Shown in pieces: positions 62,177 to 64,000 of a DNA stretch of 64,000 nucleotides. The position numbers were made by a program, and so were the translations under genes. Each line of letters starts with the position of its first letter. The stretch's first letter is position 1. The DNA is from Oscillospiraceae bacterium (lineage in GTDB: Bacteria; Bacillota; Clostridia; Oscillospirales; UBA644), in contig SVMT01000006.1 in assembly GCA_015067305.1 (NCBI GenBank), positions 18,751 through 82,750 of the forward strand, read 5' to 3'. A model generated the notes under the pieces. The model had not been told where the DNA came from, ran no database searches, and worked only from the letters and a program-made list of their open reading frames with translations.

Positions 62177-64000
62177 ATGAACAGAAAACAGAAAAAATGG
62201 CTTGCCAGGATCATCATTTCTGCAATTATGTTTGTTATCGTGAATCTGATTCCTGCGGAAGGTGTTTTGAAATTTTGTATTTACCTCATACCGTATTTTT
62301 CCATCGGTTATGATATTTTGCGAAAAGCCTTTCTGGGAATAATTCACGGGCAATTGCTTGATGAAAATTTTCTTATGGCGATAGCTACTGTCGGTGCGTA
62401 TGCCATTGCGGCAACCCGCACGGGAGACTACAACGAAGCCGTTGCGGTTATGCTTTTTTACCAGATCGGAGAGTTTTTCCAGAGTTATGCTGTGGGTAAA
62501 AGCAGAAAAAATATCAGTCAGCTTATGGATATCCGACCCGATTATGCAAATATTGAGGCTTGCGGTAAACTTGAAAAAGTTGATCCTGATGAAATTCCTG
62601 TCGATACAGTAATTACCGTTCTTCCCGGCGAAAAGATCCCCATTGACGGTATCATAGTTGAAGGTTCTTCATCTCTCGATACTGTTGCTTTGACTGGGGA
62701 GAGTGTCCCCAAAAGCGTTGTGGCAGGTGAAGAGGTAGTCAGTGGATGTATCAATATGACGGGACTTTTAAAGATCAGAACCACAAAAGAATTCGGGGAA
62801 TCAACCGTTTCCAAAATTCTCGATATGGTTGAAAATGCAAGCTCTCGCAAGTCTCGCTCCGAGGCGTTTATTTCCAAATTTGCAAGGGTTTATACTCCCA
62901 TAGTGTGTGCTTCTGCACTCATTCTGGCTGTAATTCCGCCTCTGTTCAGAATGTTTTTCCTTAACCTTTCGCCCGATTTCGGTGAATGGATCTACCGTGC
63001 TCTGACATTCCTTGTAATCAGTTGTCCATGTGCCCTTGTTATCAGTATTCCCCTTGGATTTTTCGCAGGTATCGGAGGTGCGAGCAATGCAGGGATTCTT
63101 ATCAAAGGGTCAAATTTTTTCGAAGTTCTTGCCAAGGCAGATACCGTTGTTTTTGATAAGACTGGAACTCTTACCAAGGGAGTTTTTGAAGTTTCGGAAA
63201 TTACCGCCGAAAATTGCAGTGATGAAGAATTGTTGGAAATTGCGGCTTATGCAGAAAGTTCCTCGACTCATCCCATTGCAAAGAGTCTGTTAACAGCTTA
63301 CGGTGCCGAAATTGACAGAGAAAGAGTGAAAAATATCCGAGAATTTGGTGGTAGCGGTGTTATTGCTGAAGTTGACGGTAAAAAAGTCGTTGTCGGAAAT
63401 TCCAAGCTAATGGCTGCGGAAAATATAGGTTTTTCGGAGATCAAATCAATCGGGACAGTTGCATATATCGCTGTTGACGGTGAGTATTATGGCTGTATAA
63501 TTATCTCCGATAAGGAAAAATCTACATCGAAAAAAGCGATAACTGCTTTGAAAAATGCGGGAATTTCAAAAACTGTGATGCTTACGGGTGACAGAAAAGC
63601 TGTTGCTGATTCCGTTGCGAAGTTTCTCGGTGTTGACGAGGTCCACAGCGAACTTTTGCCCGACGGAAAAGTTGAAATTGTGGAAAACTTACTGAAAGAC
63701 CGTAAAGGTTCTCTTATTTTTGTCGGTGACGGTATCAACGATGCTCCCGTGCTTTCCCGCGCCGATGCTGGAATTGCCATGGGGGCAATGGGGTCTGATG
63801 CCGCCATTGAATCCGCTGATGTGGTCCTCATGGATGACGACCCGATGAAAGTTGCAAAGGCTGTGAATATCTCGCGTAAAGTGATGCGGATCATATATCA
63901 GAACATTGTTTTTGCTATCGGTGTCAAGATCCTGTGCCTCATTCTCGGCGCTTTTGGCTATGCGAATATGTGGCTTGCGATCTTTGCCGATGTTGGCGTA
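62177..64000 (+). CDS. P1B-type heavy-metal-translocating ATPase (CadA/ZntA-like), 3' end outside the window
   Basis: The frame is open from the ATG at 62177 to the window end (608 codons). It carries TGES, SCPCALVIS (CPC), DKTGTLT and GDGINDAP motifs. Confidence 0.92.
   Translation, partial: MNRKQKKWLARIIISAIMFVIVNLIPAEGVLKFCIYLIPYFSIGYDILRKAFLGIIHGQLLDENFLMAIATVGAYAIAATRTGDYNEAVAVMLFYQIGEFFQSYAVGKSRKNISQLMDIRPDYANIEACGKLEKVDPDEIPVDTVITVLPGEKIPIDGIIVEGSSSLDTVALTGESVPKSVVAGEEVVSGCINMTGLLKIRTTKEFGESTVSKILDMVENASSRKSRSEAFISKFARVYTPIVCASALILAVIPPLFRMFFLNLSPDFGEWIYRALTFLVISCPCALVISIPLGFFAGIGGASNAGILIKGSNFFEVLAKADTVVFDKTGTLTKGVFEVSEITAENCSDEELLEIAAYAESSSTHPIAKSLLTAYGAEIDRERVKNIREFGGSGVIAEVDGKKVVVGNSKLMAAENIGFSEIKSIGTVAYIAVDGEYYGCIIISDKEKSTSKKAITALKNAGISKTVMLTGDRKAVADSVAKFLGVDEVHSELLPDGKVEIVENLLKDRKGSLIFVGDGINDAPVLSRADAGIAMGAMGSDAAIESADVVLMDDDPMKVAKAVNISRKVMRIIYQNIVFAIGVKILCLILGAFGYANMWLAIFADVGV

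Overview
This is a 64-kb chromosomal window from a low-GC Gram-positive anaerobe that looks like a member of the Clostridia. The clues are Rnf genes, a Bacillus-type gene order (yaaO-like decarboxylase, holB, yaaT/ricT, yabB-like methyltransferase, rsmI), many TTGACA-17-TGnTATAAT promoters and lipobox lipoproteins. All product calls come from motif recognition by eye; no database search was possible. Bases 1-18 kb are mostly housekeeping: rnfAB, a MATE pump, holB, ricT, ferredoxin, rsmI, an M23 peptidase, murA, secG, an RNA methyltransferase and a nuclease-helicase. Bases 18-27 kb and 47-61 kb carry cytoplasmic glycoside hydrolases (GH38, GH92, a GH127 fusion, GHL6-like, and two clan-D-like TIM barrels). 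With them sit three paralogous solute-binding-type lipoproteins, but no permease genes are visible. Bases 27.8-32.1 kb hold a DtxR-family regulator and a feoA-feoB-small Cys-rich protein operon with three DtxR/IdeR-type boxes. Bases 32.4-45 kb look accessory: a FadD-like ligase, a 1908-aa secreted acidic SGNH/Cys-module/repeat protein, a convergent MFS plus PlsC-type acyltransferase pair, and a membrane-tethered ECF-like sigma factor with a lipoprotein. The right edge is an ArsR/CadC-type regulator divergent from an HMA protein and a CPC-type P1B ATPase that runs off the window. No rRNA, tRNA, CRISPR array, transposase or integrase was recognised. The most unusual signal is not a gene. It is a recurring structured intergenic module of about 140-340 nt, always in the same polarity, made of a hairpin, a long-range stem, two inner hairpins and a second hairpin. 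Four copies are present, each downstream of a + strand gene, and they show compensatory base changes between copies, which suggests an undescribed 3'-UTR or sRNA-like RNA family. Other leads are the giant secreted protein and its possible lipid-salvage neighbourhood, the tail-anchored sigma factor, two in-frame gene fusions that keep internal Shine-Dalgarno sites, and a NadE with a degenerate glutaminase domain.
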